Shown piece after piece: positions 17,950 through 25,473 of a stretch of DNA of 32,923 nucleotides; positions within the stretch are counted from its first letter, which is position 1; the number at the start of each line of letters is the position of its first letter. The notes under the pieces are model-generated. The model worked only from the letters and a program-made list of their open reading frames with translations. It was not told the origin of the DNA and searched no databases. The DNA is from a virus (lineage: Duplodnaviria > Heunggongvirae > Uroviricota > Caudoviricetes). The position numbers and the translations under genes are program-made. Location: the IMG/VR virus record IMGVR_UViG_2623620501_000013; one strand, given 5' to 3'.

Positions 17950-19647
17950 TTACCATCCTCCTGAACCAAAACGCCCGCCACGGTCACGCCCGCTGCTGCG
18001 TGGGGTGTGTATCTGAAATTTTGCGCTGCGCGATACCGCCAGCGTCCACAGCATGTGCAGACAGTCCGGGCCATCATCGTGGTCGGCTTTGGGGTAGTGG
18101 CGCAGCTGGTCAATCAGCGTCTGATGTGCCGGACTGATGCGGATCAGGCCGTTGGCCATATGCGGCTGAAGGGACTCAATACGCAGCGCTTTATCCTCCA
18201 GCGGGATGACCGGCAGCGCCGGAACCGGCACGCCCAGCGCCGCCGAACGCTCAACCAGCACGGTACGCAGAAACTCCTGAAACTGGACGGACTCAAACGA
18301 CCAGCACAGACAGTGGTATTCCCGCTGATACTTAATCACGTCTTCGATAAGTTTGTTTGGCAGACGTCGGCGGATATCGGCTTCAACCACATCCAGAATG
18401 CCGGTAAAGCGGTTAAAGCCCCCCACGAGAATGGCCGACGGGTCGCGGTTTTTGTTTTTCTTCCCGAGACTGGGGTCAACAGCACCATAAAACACCCATT
18501 CATCAAGACGGTTAACCCAGAACTTAATGCAGCCCGCAAACAGCGCATCTTCACCGCTGACCGGGTCGTTCTGGTATTCAGAATCAAAGGTGTCATGACC
18601 GTCACGGACACGGATTTTCATCAGTGCCAGCAGGGGACGCGCCGCCCATGACACCACCGACCCGGCGAGCATGTCGGCTTCGTTCTGTCGGTAAAGTGCC
18701 TCTGCTGCTTCCGGCTGTTTGTTGCGGATGAGTTCTTCCCACTCGTCCCACAGCTTCATATTGGCAGGCCACTGAATGACGGCCTTAAAACGGGCCGTTT
18801 TCCACATCGGGTTATTGAGTGTGCGCGACAGTACGGAGTCGTAATGCAGGATGGTTCCGATATAAATAATATCTGTTTTACCACCAGCCTCGCCCAGCGG
18901 CATCACGGTTTTGGTGAGCCAGTCATGCAGCTTGTCGCGCTGCTCCGGGTTACGCACCATCTCGTCGTTCTCGATGTCGTCGAGGATAACCAGGTCAGGA
19001 CGGTACGGACCGTGGCGCAGACCACGCAGCTTTTTACCACTACCGGCAACGGTCACCTTGATATTGTTGGCCGTGACGATAGTCCCCATACGCCAGACGC
19101 GACCCTGCCCGCACACTTCCGGGAAATCGTTTTTTAAACGGGGGTTAAATTCCAGTTCAGCCTTGATGGCTTCCAGCATCGGATAAGCCTGGTCGATACT
19201 GTCCATAATGATGACCGGATAATGCTTAATGGCCCGGATAATGGTCCACAGGGTAAACAACTGAGTCACCAGCGTGGATTTTGCTTCACCACGGGGCGCG
19301 GCGATGGCGTCGTTCTCCGGGTCCGGGCTTGCCACAACCTGTGGCAGACGGCTGAACAGGTATTTATGCAGCTCGCTTTTTGCCGGGTTGCGGACGTAGT
19401 GCGGGAAATAGTTTTCGACAAAATAATCGTAGCCCGTCACCGGGTCACAGACTGCCGCCCGGCGGGCCTGTGTGGCCTGCGGGTTTACATCGAACCCCAG
19501 ACATTCAGCCTCGATGGTCTGGCGGAGGTTGGCGATGTACTCCTGCAGGCTTCTCTGAAACTCTTTAATGGAAAGTTTACGTTTTGCCACGTCACACCTG
19601 CGCTGCTTCTGCCTGCGCTTTTTCGATACGTGCGCAGGCGATATCAA
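17950..19647 (-). CDS. Terminase large subunit (Mu gp28-like)
   Basis: 565 aa from the first ATG. An alternative GTG at 19590 lies 1 nt after the methyltransferase stop and would give 546 aa. Confidence 0.8.
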   Translation of the reverse strand: MISPAHVSKKRRQKQRRCDVAKRKLSIKEFQRSLQEYIANLRQTIEAECLGFDVNPQATQARRAAVCDPVTGYDYFVENYFPHYVRNPAKSELHKYLFSRLPQVVASPDPENDAIAAPRGEAKSTLVTQLFTLWTIIRAIKHYPVIIMDSIDQAYPMLEAIKAELEFNPRLKNDFPEVCGQGRVWRMGTIVTANNIKVTVAGSGKKLRGLRHGPYRPDLVILDDIENDEMVRNPEQRDKLHDWLTKTVMPLGEAGGKTDIIYIGTILHYDSVLSRTLNNPMWKTARFKAVIQWPANMKLWDEWEELIRNKQPEAAEALYRQNEADMLAGSVVSWAARPLLALMKIRVRDGHDTFDSEYQNDPVSGEDALFAGCIKFWVNRLDEWVFYGAVDPSLGKKNKNRDPSAILVGGFNRFTGILDVVEADIRRRLPNKLIEDVIKYQREYHCLCWSFESVQFQEFLRTVLVERSAALGVPVPALPVIPLEDKALRIESLQPHMANGLIRISPAHQTLIDQLRHYPKADHDDGPDCLHMLWTLAVSRSAKFQIHTPRSSGRDRGGRFGSGGW

Positions 19648-20332
19648 AATACTGGTTAGTCATTTCAATGCCGGTAAACCGTCCGCCACGGGCAAGTACC
19701 GGGATGGCGGTGGTGCCGCTTCCCATAAACGGATCGAGAACGTGCGCATCCGGTGCCAGCGGTTTAACCAGCTCGGCCATCAGCTGAACCGGCTTTGCGG
19801 TCATGTGCAGTTTTTCGGACGGGACAACACGCTGCGTAATCACACCCGGGAACGGGCCACCGTGCGGACATTTGTCGAGTTTTCCGTTGCTGCCCCAGAC
19901 CACATACTCGGCCTGATGCCGGAAATAGCCGGTGTGTGGCGCACGGGAAGCCTGCGTTTTATCCCAGACAACAAGACCACGCCACAGCACACCACCGGCC
20001 TGAAAAACGTCGGTCATGGTGGGAAGCTGTCGCCAGTCACTGAACACCATGACATAACCACCGGGGCGCACAAGGCGGGCAGCCCCGGACATCCACAGGG
20101 TGCTCCAGTATGCCCAGCTGCGCTGGTCGCGGTTATCCCCGCTGAACTCGGCATACTGGGTGTGACCGACATACTTGTCCGAAGGGGCCATGCTGCGGTC
20201 TGATTTATGTGTGCCACCACTGCTGTAAGGCGGGTCGGTAATGACGGCATCAAAACGTTCGGATAACGCCGGCAGCACATCAAGAACATCACCGCAATAC
20301 AACGTTGCGTTACCAATAATCTGTTTTTGCAT
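19592..20332 (-). CDS. DNA methyltransferase, N6-adenine/N4-cytosine type (DPPY motif), orphan
   Basis: 246 aa with ...AVITDPPY... near the N-terminus and ...DPFMGSGTT... near the C-terminus (permuted motif order). No restriction endonuclease partner is adjacent. Confidence 0.8.
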   Translation of the reverse strand: MQKQIIGNATLYCGDVLDVLPALSERFDAVITDPPYSSGGTHKSDRSMAPSDKYVGHTQYAEFSGDNRDQRSWAYWSTLWMSGAARLVRPGGYVMVFSDWRQLPTMTDVFQAGGVLWRGLVVWDKTQASRAPHTGYFRHQAEYVVWGSNGKLDKCPHGGPFPGVITQRVVPSEKLHMTAKPVQLMAELVKPLAPDAHVLDPFMGSGTTAIPVLARGGRFTGIEMTNQYFDIACARIEKAQAEAAQV

Positions 20333-20352
20333 TACAAATCCCGAATATCAGA

Positions 20353-20372
20353 CGGCCCGGAAAACCGGGCCG
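20353..20372 (-). promoter_or_regulatory. GC-rich hairpin in the 5' leader of the methyltransferase gene
   Basis: CGGCCCGG-AAAA-CCGGGCCG, a perfect 8-bp stem, about 20 nt upstream of the methyltransferase ATG; no U-tract follows on either strand. Confidence 0.3.
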
Positions 20373-20378
20373 CTGTGG

Positions 20379-20879
20379 TTAACTGAAATTATCCTCAAGC
20401 TCTTTAGCGAAGCCTTCGAGCACCTCAAGAAACGGGGCATACTGTGCCGGGTGACGCTCCTTGATGAACGCGCCGAGCCGCTGCACCACTTCCAGTGCCG
20501 TGGCGAGCCGGTCGGTTTCCGGCAGGATTTTTTTGCTGCTGGCCACCGCCTTACTGAGACTGTCGGACAGACTCGCCAGCAGTTCGACGGACTCCTGCGG
20601 CGGGATGTCCGGGTTCTGGTTCAGCCGTTCAAGCGTCGTCTGACACTTCACCACCAGACTGATAAGCACGGTGCGGGCGACACTTTCCAGTCCGTCACCG
20701 GCGAGCGCGTGAGCGGCCCGCAGCTTGTCCCAGTCGTCGCCGTTCTTCATCGCCTGCGTTTTCCAGCGCCGCGCGGTGTCGTGCGGCACGGCGAACTTCA
20801 TGGCGACGATATCCAGCGGAAGCTGGTCAAAGATGTACCCGTTACGGACTTTGTCCCTGATATCCTGTGACCACGCCAT
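20379..20879 (-). CDS. Mu gp27-like protein (putative terminase small subunit)
   Basis: 166 aa upstream of the terminase region; synteny with Mu gene 27. Confidence 0.5.
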   Translation of the reverse strand: MAWSQDIRDKVRNGYIFDQLPLDIVAMKFAVPHDTARRWKTQAMKNGDDWDKLRAAHALAGDGLESVARTVLISLVVKCQTTLERLNQNPDIPPQESVELLASLSDSLSKAVASSKKILPETDRLATALEVVQRLGAFIKERHPAQYAPFLEVLEGFAKELEDNFS

Positions 20880-21121
20880 TAAGCGTCCTTCTGAGCCTGT
20901 TCAATCCTGCGCTGAACTTCGTCGGGATTTTCAAGAACAAACACGTTTTTCCCGGTATCCAGTTCAATGACCGTGCCATCATGTGTACCGTACTGACGGT
21001 AAAAATGGGTGATGCGTTCAGCGAGCACCATGACAGCGCCAGCACCTCCTGAACCTCTGTATTCTGTAAATCTGATAATGCTCACTGTGTCAGACCTTCG
21101 AAAAATCAGTTCTGTGAACAC
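20879..21121 (-). CDS. Hypothetical protein (Mu gp26 position)
   Basis: 80 aa ORF with ATGA-type overlap onto the downstream gene. Confidence 0.35.
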   Translation of the reverse strand: MFTELIFRRSDTVSIIRFTEYRGSGGAGAVMVLAERITHFYRQYGTHDGTVIELDTGKNVFVLENPDEVQRRIEQAQKDA

Positions 21122-21288
21122 TGCCGGATGCCGTCAATAATCCGGCAGACCTGCGCCGCCGCGTCTAACAGCTGTCCCGTTCTGTTAATGTCTGTGCATC
21201 CCACCGGAAGCAACATCACCAGAAACAGGGCCAGAACACAGCGCGCGGCTTTACGTGGCGTTCTGTGGGTCCAGTGCTGACGCGTCAT
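21106..21288 (-). CDS. Small putative lipoprotein/signal-anchored protein downstream of endolysin
   Basis: 60 aa; hydrophobic stretch ending LLPVGC (imperfect lipobox); start overlaps the endolysin stop. Confidence 0.35.
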   Translation of the reverse strand: MTRQHWTHRTPRKAARCVLALFLVMLLPVGCTDINRTGQLLDAAAQVCRIIDGIRQCSQN

Positions 21289-21830
21289 ATCGCCACGCGC
21301 TCCTTCAGCCAGCCATAAACAAACGATTCGTTAGCCTCGCGTTTCTCCGCCAGTTCCAGATAGCGGTCCCCCTGCGTACAGTTCAGGGCCGTCAGCATCA
21401 CCCGTTCACCGTCCTGACCGCGATTATTCAGGAAGGCGCGCAATGCACTGATGGTACGAGGCCCGATGCGTCCGTCTGCGTCCATATCCGGGTACAGCCT
21501 GCCGCGCAGATTGAACACATTCAGCCAGCGCTGAAGCATTCTGGACGCCACGGTTGGCCCCATATTCACACCGGTATCACACAGCTCTGCGGCAATATCA
21601 GGGGATAATGCGGCGACCTGGTCGAATCGCGGACCGTACCAGTAATCGGCTTCAAGGATGTCCAGCGCCTGCTCGCGGGTTAAATCGCGCATATCACCAC
21701 GGTATCCGTGGGCACGGGCGACTTTTTCCGTAATGCCCCATTTGGTCGGACCGCCCTTATCATCCGGGTGATTGACATAACCACCTTCCTTGCCCAGGAC
21801 TTCATCAAAAATTTTATCTTTTGATTTCAT
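21285..21830 (-). CDS. Endolysin, GH108-like catalytic domain with C-terminal peptidoglycan-binding domain
   Basis: 181 aa; N-terminal ...EGGYVNHPDDKGGPTKWGIT... resembles the GH108 family; GAGG ribosome-binding site 12 nt upstream of the ATG. Confidence 0.7.
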   Translation of the reverse strand: MKSKDKIFDEVLGKEGGYVNHPDDKGGPTKWGITEKVARAHGYRGDMRDLTREQALDILEADYWYGPRFDQVAALSPDIAAELCDTGVNMGPTVASRMLQRWLNVFNLRGRLYPDMDADGRIGPRTISALRAFLNNRGQDGERVMLTALNCTQGDRYLELAEKREANESFVYGWLKERVAI

Positions 21831-22116
21831 GTGGATGCCTCAGTAACGAAAGGATTTTTGACAAATTCCCGTGCGCCCACACGATAAGCGCACAGAAAAC
21901 CAGATTCAGCGCCACAACCAGCCAGCTGGAATGTGTGTACGTACCGGACAGCCAGCGGAACGGGATGATGACGTAGCCGAGCATCAGCCAGTACGCCAGC
22001 CAGGTAATCATCGGTTTATGCGCTGCACCGTGGCGGCGATACACAAACAACCCCAGCACAATGGCGAGACACAGCCAGACGTTCACGATACCGGCAAGGC
22101 TACTTTCCATTTCCAC
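21814..22116 (-). CDS. Small membrane protein (holin/antiholin-like)
   Basis: 100 aa with about three hydrophobic helices, immediately upstream of the endolysin. Confidence 0.5.
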   Translation of the reverse strand: MEMESSLAGIVNVWLCLAIVLGLFVYRRHGAAHKPMITWLAYWLMLGYVIIPFRWLSGTYTHSSWLVVALNLVFCALIVWAHGNLSKILSLLRHPHEIKR

Positions 22117-22492
22117 CCCCTCCGCCGCGCAGTCTGGAAAACAGGCCGAACAGCGATGAAATTTCCTGTTGATAAAGAAAGGTCAGTATCTTGATGGATA
22201 ACGCCGAGACACCGACCGCACACAATGCATCGAGTGGCTTGTCGTTGTAGTGGGTCAGCCACTGCATCAGTGACGCAGCCACGCCAGCCCCCAGAACGCC
22301 AACCACAAACGCGACGAGCAGGTGGATAGCCATTCGCCATACCGGGATTTCTTTCTGCTGCGTGACAACAAAAAGCGCTCCGGCAAACGCGCCCACCACA
22401 ACCCCGAAATCGGTATTGGTGAGAAGGCCAAACACACTGGCACCACCGATGGTGACTGCCACAGCTCCGCCGCCTGATAAGGGTTCAGACAT
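22100..22492 (-). CDS. Holin-like membrane protein
   Basis: Multiple Gly/Ala/Val-rich transmembrane segments; ATG at 22492 has an AGGAG site 6 nt upstream. The ORF is also open from 22552. Confidence 0.5.
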   Translation of the reverse strand: MSEPLSGGGAVAVTIGGASVFGLLTNTDFGVVVGAFAGALFVVTQQKEIPVWRMAIHLLVAFVVGVLGAGVAASLMQWLTHYNDKPLDALCAVGVSALSIKILTFLYQQEISSLFGLFSRLRGGGGGNGK

Positions 22493-22625
22493 GAGTTTCT
22501 CCTGTAAATCTGAGCCACTGACGGCCCGTAAATAACACCCGGTCAAAGGCACAGAATGACTTTTGCCGGGCGCTATCCCTTAAGGTGCCTTGTGGTCTGA
22601 GTGGACAGGGTAAACGGTATGCTGT

Positions 22626-22663
22626 GGTGGGTACTGCTGGGGGTGTTCAGCACCCCCGGCAGG
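22626..22663 (-). promoter_or_regulatory. Copy 1 of conserved late-operon motif upstream of the lysis cassette
   Basis: GGTACTGCTGGGGGTGTTCAGCACCCCC on the + strand; contains the inverted repeat GGGGGTG-N5-CACCCCC. Confidence 0.45.
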
Positions 22664-22680
22664 TTGATTATCTGGATGGG

Positions 22681-22968
22681 TTAAAGAGAAGCGAGTTTTA
22701 ATGGTGGCTTATAACATGCCCGCGCCAGCAGGTTAGCTCTTTCCACGGCATTACGCATTTCCCGTTCTGCGTCAATCATTCTGTTTACGGCTGACAGCAC
22801 TTCATCATGATTCGTTACTGATTCCGGGCTTTGGGCCTGTTTCGCCAGGTAACTGGATAAACTGCACATTTCAGCATGTCGGCGACGGGCTGCATCCCGG
22901 GCCTTGTCTGAAAATGCGGTATATTCACCGAGTACTGCATAGTCGATATCGGTGTCAGAACGCATCAT
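22681..22968 (-). CDS. Hypothetical protein
   Basis: 95 aa with a strong AAGGAGA ribosome-binding site; sits between the Mor/C terminator and the lysis cassette. Confidence 0.5.
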   Translation of the reverse strand: MMRSDTDIDYAVLGEYTAFSDKARDAARRRHAEMCSLSSYLAKQAQSPESVTNHDEVLSAVNRMIDAEREMRNAVERANLLARACYKPPLKLASL

Positions 22969-22995
22969 TTCGTGTCTCCTTTTTTCTGAGGCCCA

Positions 22996-23463
22996 TTAAT
23001 CAAAAAGCCCCACCTGGGTGGGGCTTTTCAGCGAAGTCTGTTTTTGTCGTCGGTGTATCAGTTGCCATGCGTACCGGTCTGAAATGCCGTAACGGGGACA
23101 GAGCAGTGCCAGCGCCTGCCGGTGTGAGCATCCGCCTTTTACATGCTGCTGTAAATCAGCCATAAAACGGGTGTTACGCAGGGCACGTAACGCATGATCG
23201 CAACGGGGAATGTAAAACGGTGCGCCGCCAAGAAAACGGATCAGTTTGTTGATTTCGTCTTCGGTCAGCACGTCATGTAACAGGGCATGGACACCGCCGG
23301 TGCGTTCGGCGTGTACGCCGGTTTTACCGCTTAACGTCACGCCACCAAAAGAACGAATCAACCGGGTCAGGGCGGGGAAGCCAATCACGCTAATCAGTTG
23401 CTGCACGGAATCGGGCAGCAGTGCCTGCGCATCGCGAAGATCTGTTTCACTGAAGGTCTGCAT
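22996..23463 (-). CDS. Mor/C-family transcriptional activator
   Basis: 155 aa with a C-terminal helix-turn-helix-like segment (...RYGISDRYAWQLIHRR...); position between gemA-like and lysis genes as in Mu. Confidence 0.65.
   Translation of the reverse strand: MQTFSETDLRDAQALLPDSVQQLISVIGFPALTRLIRSFGGVTLSGKTGVHAERTGGVHALLHDVLTEDEINKLIRFLGGAPFYIPRCDHALRALRNTRFMADLQQHVKGGCSHRQALALLCPRYGISDRYAWQLIHRRQKQTSLKSPTQVGLFD
23003..23028 (-). terminator. Intrinsic terminator overlapping the 3' end of the Mor/C-like gene
   Basis: Near-perfect palindrome AAAAGCCCCACC-TG-GGTGGGGCTTTT; on the minus-strand RNA the stem is followed by UUUUUGAUUAAUG. Confidence 0.6.
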
Positions 23464-23492
23464 GATGGCGTCTCCGGTAGTAACTTACTGTT

Positions 23493-23520
23493 ATTATAGC
23501 CATACATGATCGCCTGTACA
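23493..23520 (-). promoter_or_regulatory. Sigma70-like promoter candidate for the Mor/C-like gene
   Basis: Minus-strand TGTACA (23520-23515), 16-bp spacer, TATAAT (23498-23493), then GGAGA 8 nt before the ATG at 23463. Confidence 0.4.
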
Positions 23521-23529
23521 GACCATAAA

Positions 23530-23556
23530 AAACCTCCGCGTTTGCGAAGGTTTTTG
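23530..23556 (-). terminator. Intrinsic terminator after the secreted-protein moron
   Basis: On the minus-strand RNA: CCUUCGC-AAAC-GCGGAGG (7-bp stem with one G-U pair) followed by UUUUUUAUGG. Confidence 0.5.
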
Positions 23557-23562
23557 TTCATA

Positions 23563-23901
23563 TTATTTTTTATTCTCGTTTATCAACACCAGGTATCCTC
23601 TGACATACTCCCATACTTTCTGGTTATCTGTTGGATGCACTTTTCGACAATCTATGGCTTCATTTCCATAATCGCCAATGTCAGCTTGGGCTTGTGTTAA
23701 GAGAATAACCTTCCTGAGAGCGCATCCTCTGATGGTATCCTTTGAAATATCATCCCAGCCATTCATGTATGAATAAGCCAGATTACGTTGTGCCTGATAA
23801 TCGCCCTGTAATGTTTTTTTGACCAAATCTTCCTCTGAATCAGAAGCATGGGATATCCCTGTAAAACATAAAGTCAGAATAAGTAATAACAGTTTTTTCA
23901 T
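23563..23901 (-). CDS. Small secreted protein with cleavable signal peptide (moron)
   Basis: 112 aa starting MKKLLLLILTLCFTGISHA; AT-rich relative to flanking genes; own terminator. Confidence 0.55.
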   Translation of the reverse strand: MKKLLLLILTLCFTGISHASDSEEDLVKKTLQGDYQAQRNLAYSYMNGWDDISKDTIRGCALRKVILLTQAQADIGDYGNEAIDCRKVHPTDNQKVWEYVRGYLVLINENKK

Positions 23902-24293
23902 TTACGTTTCCTTGAATCTTTAACCAGCGCCACCATCACTCCAAAAAGCTGTTCATCCGTCAGCCATTCGATCACATGTTGCTTATACATGTGAGATGCC
24001 AGTCCTTCTGCATACTCCCAGGAACGACCGGCATCAGCCAGCAACGCTTCAATTTTGGATAATACTGATTTTCTGCTCATTGCAACACGAGGGCGGCGAC
24101 CTTTACCAGCGGGTGCCTTGCGCGGGAATCCCTGTTCGTGCATGTATTCCCGGATGATGCGCAGTTCATCGAGATTGCAGCGTGTGGTGCTGGTTTTACC
24201 GGTCAGGCGGGCCAGCGTCTGGCGATAAAGGGCATCATCCCACCCCAGATACGCCTGACCAGCTTTAATGGCCCCGATCATCTTTTTCAGCAT
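23898..24293 (-). CDS. GemA-like protein (Mu gp16 family)
   Basis: Probable start at ATG 24293 (MLKKMIGAIKAGQAYLGWDD...) with GAGG 12 nt upstream; the ORF is open from 24392. Confidence 0.5.
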   Translation of the reverse strand: MLKKMIGAIKAGQAYLGWDDALYRQTLARLTGKTSTTRCNLDELRIIREYMHEQGFPRKAPAGKGRRPRVAMSRKSVLSKIEALLADAGRSWEYAEGLASHMYKQHVIEWLTDEQLFGVMVALVKDSRKRK

Positions 24294-24543
24294 GTTTGTT
24301 ATCCTCAAAACGCACGGTAAAACGTGAAACGCCAATCCCTGACAAGAACGCAGCGGCACGGTCAAGAGACAACCACGTCTTGTAATCGCCACGGCGTTCC
24401 TGTAGAAAATAGGACACCCCGGCGCGGCGATTCACAGCGAAGAGATGATACACACCACCGAACCGCTGCACGACGAACTCATCCACGCCACCGCTTTCAG
24501 CCTGTTGCCGAAAGGCTGCCATTCCGATTTGTTCAATCTTCAT
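24265..24543 (-). CDS. Hypothetical protein
   Basis: ORF open from 24552 (TTG); first ATG at 24543 (MKIEQIG...). Confidence 0.4.
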   Translation of the reverse strand: MKIEQIGMAAFRQQAESGGVDEFVVQRFGGVYHLFAVNRRAGVSYFLQERRGDYKTWLSLDRAAAFLSGIGVSRFTVRFEDNKHAEKDDRGH

Positions 24544-24697
24544 AATGACCAAAACACTACTTTTGGCAGACCAAAAAACATGTTTTGGCCTGCATTTGAT
24601 TACTGTTTAAACAACTCGCGAAATCAGGAACGTCGAGTTTCGGTGATGGCTTTCATCGTGTTGTTGCTCCGTGATTCAGAAAATTTCATGCCGGGCC

Positions 24698-25108
24698 TCA
24701 GTATGTGAAATAGACAGTTGCCACGCCGTTATAGTGATCAAACGACACGGCGTTTACCTCATAACTGGCCGGTAGCTTCGAGCCAAGAACGTATCCGGGC
24801 CACGTTTTCCATGGAATTTCTCTGCTCTCACTGTCGCCATATACCGTACATCCCAGTGAGCCTACAGCTTCATAAGAACGCTTACCGCACGTTATGAACC
24901 CCAGATGTTGCTTACTGCCCTTAACAGAAATCGGGAGAGCACTGGCTGATGCGTTAGCAGCGTCCCGCTCCTGTTGGCTTGCGATATTCGCAGAGTTTGC
25001 AGCAGCTACAGCAGCCGTGGTCGCAGCGGCAGATGCCACAATAACTGCTGAAGCCTGCGTATGTTGGGTAATGGTTAGCAATGCCGCCACAAAAATCATT
25101 TTCTTCAC
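24698..25108 (-). CDS. Secreted Ala-rich protein with signal peptide
   Basis: GTG start at 25108 with AGGAGG 6 nt upstream; N-terminal signal-like MKKMIFVAALLTITQHTQA, Ala-rich linker, Cys-containing C-terminal domain ending YFTY. Confidence 0.5.
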   Translation of the reverse strand: MKKMIFVAALLTITQHTQASAVIVASAAATTAAVAAANSANIASQQERDAANASASALPISVKGSKQHLGFITCGKRSYEAVGSLGCTVYGDSESREIPWKTWPGYVLGSKLPASYEVNAVSFDHYNGVATVYFTY

Positions 25109-25120
25109 CTGGCACCTCCT

Positions 25121-25303
25121 TTACATACCGTGATTTTTCCAGCGGTTTTGGGCTGCGCTTCTGTTTCGCCAGACACCGTAAAAACGAATAGAGGACCACT
25201 CCCTAAAACCAAGATATCTATAGCGAACAACAAGCCGATTTGAGATACGGATAAGTTGCCCCGGCTTTGCTATCAGCAGTCTTGCCTTACGGTTTTTCAT
25301 CAT
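25121..25303 (-). CDS. Small basic hypothetical protein
   Basis: 60 aa; its ATG overlaps the stop of the upstream 57-aa ORF (ATGA); AGGAGAG just upstream. Confidence 0.3.
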   Translation of the reverse strand: MMKNRKARLLIAKPGQLIRISNRLVVRYRYLGFREWSSIRFYGVWRNRSAAQNRWKNHGM

Positions 25304-25473
25304 TTTGCTCTCCTGCGTTTCTTTGCTTCGCGTCGTGCAGCTGCAATACCGGTATGGCGGCGCTTTTGTGCCGGGATGATGTTGTCAGCCATCAGGACAT
25401 GTGGCTTTGCAATTAGCGCAGAAGCCCAAAAACGAGTCGGGTACGGTAACAAGCCGATACATGCCACACGCAT
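25300..25473 (-). CDS. Small basic hypothetical protein (57 aa, below the ORF-track cutoff)
   Basis: Translated by hand as MRVACIG...AAARREAKKRRRAK; TAATG overlap with the upstream gene stop and AAGGAGG upstream. Confidence 0.3.
   Translation of the reverse strand: MRVACIGLLPYPTRFWASALIAKPHVLMADNIIPAQKRRHTGIAAARREAKKRRRAK

Noticed and set aside
22493-22552. N-terminal 20-aa extension of the holin-like ORF (MPLTGCYLRAV...)
   Set aside because: The internal ATG at 22492 has a near-ideal AGGAG site at 6-nt spacing; the upstream start has none.
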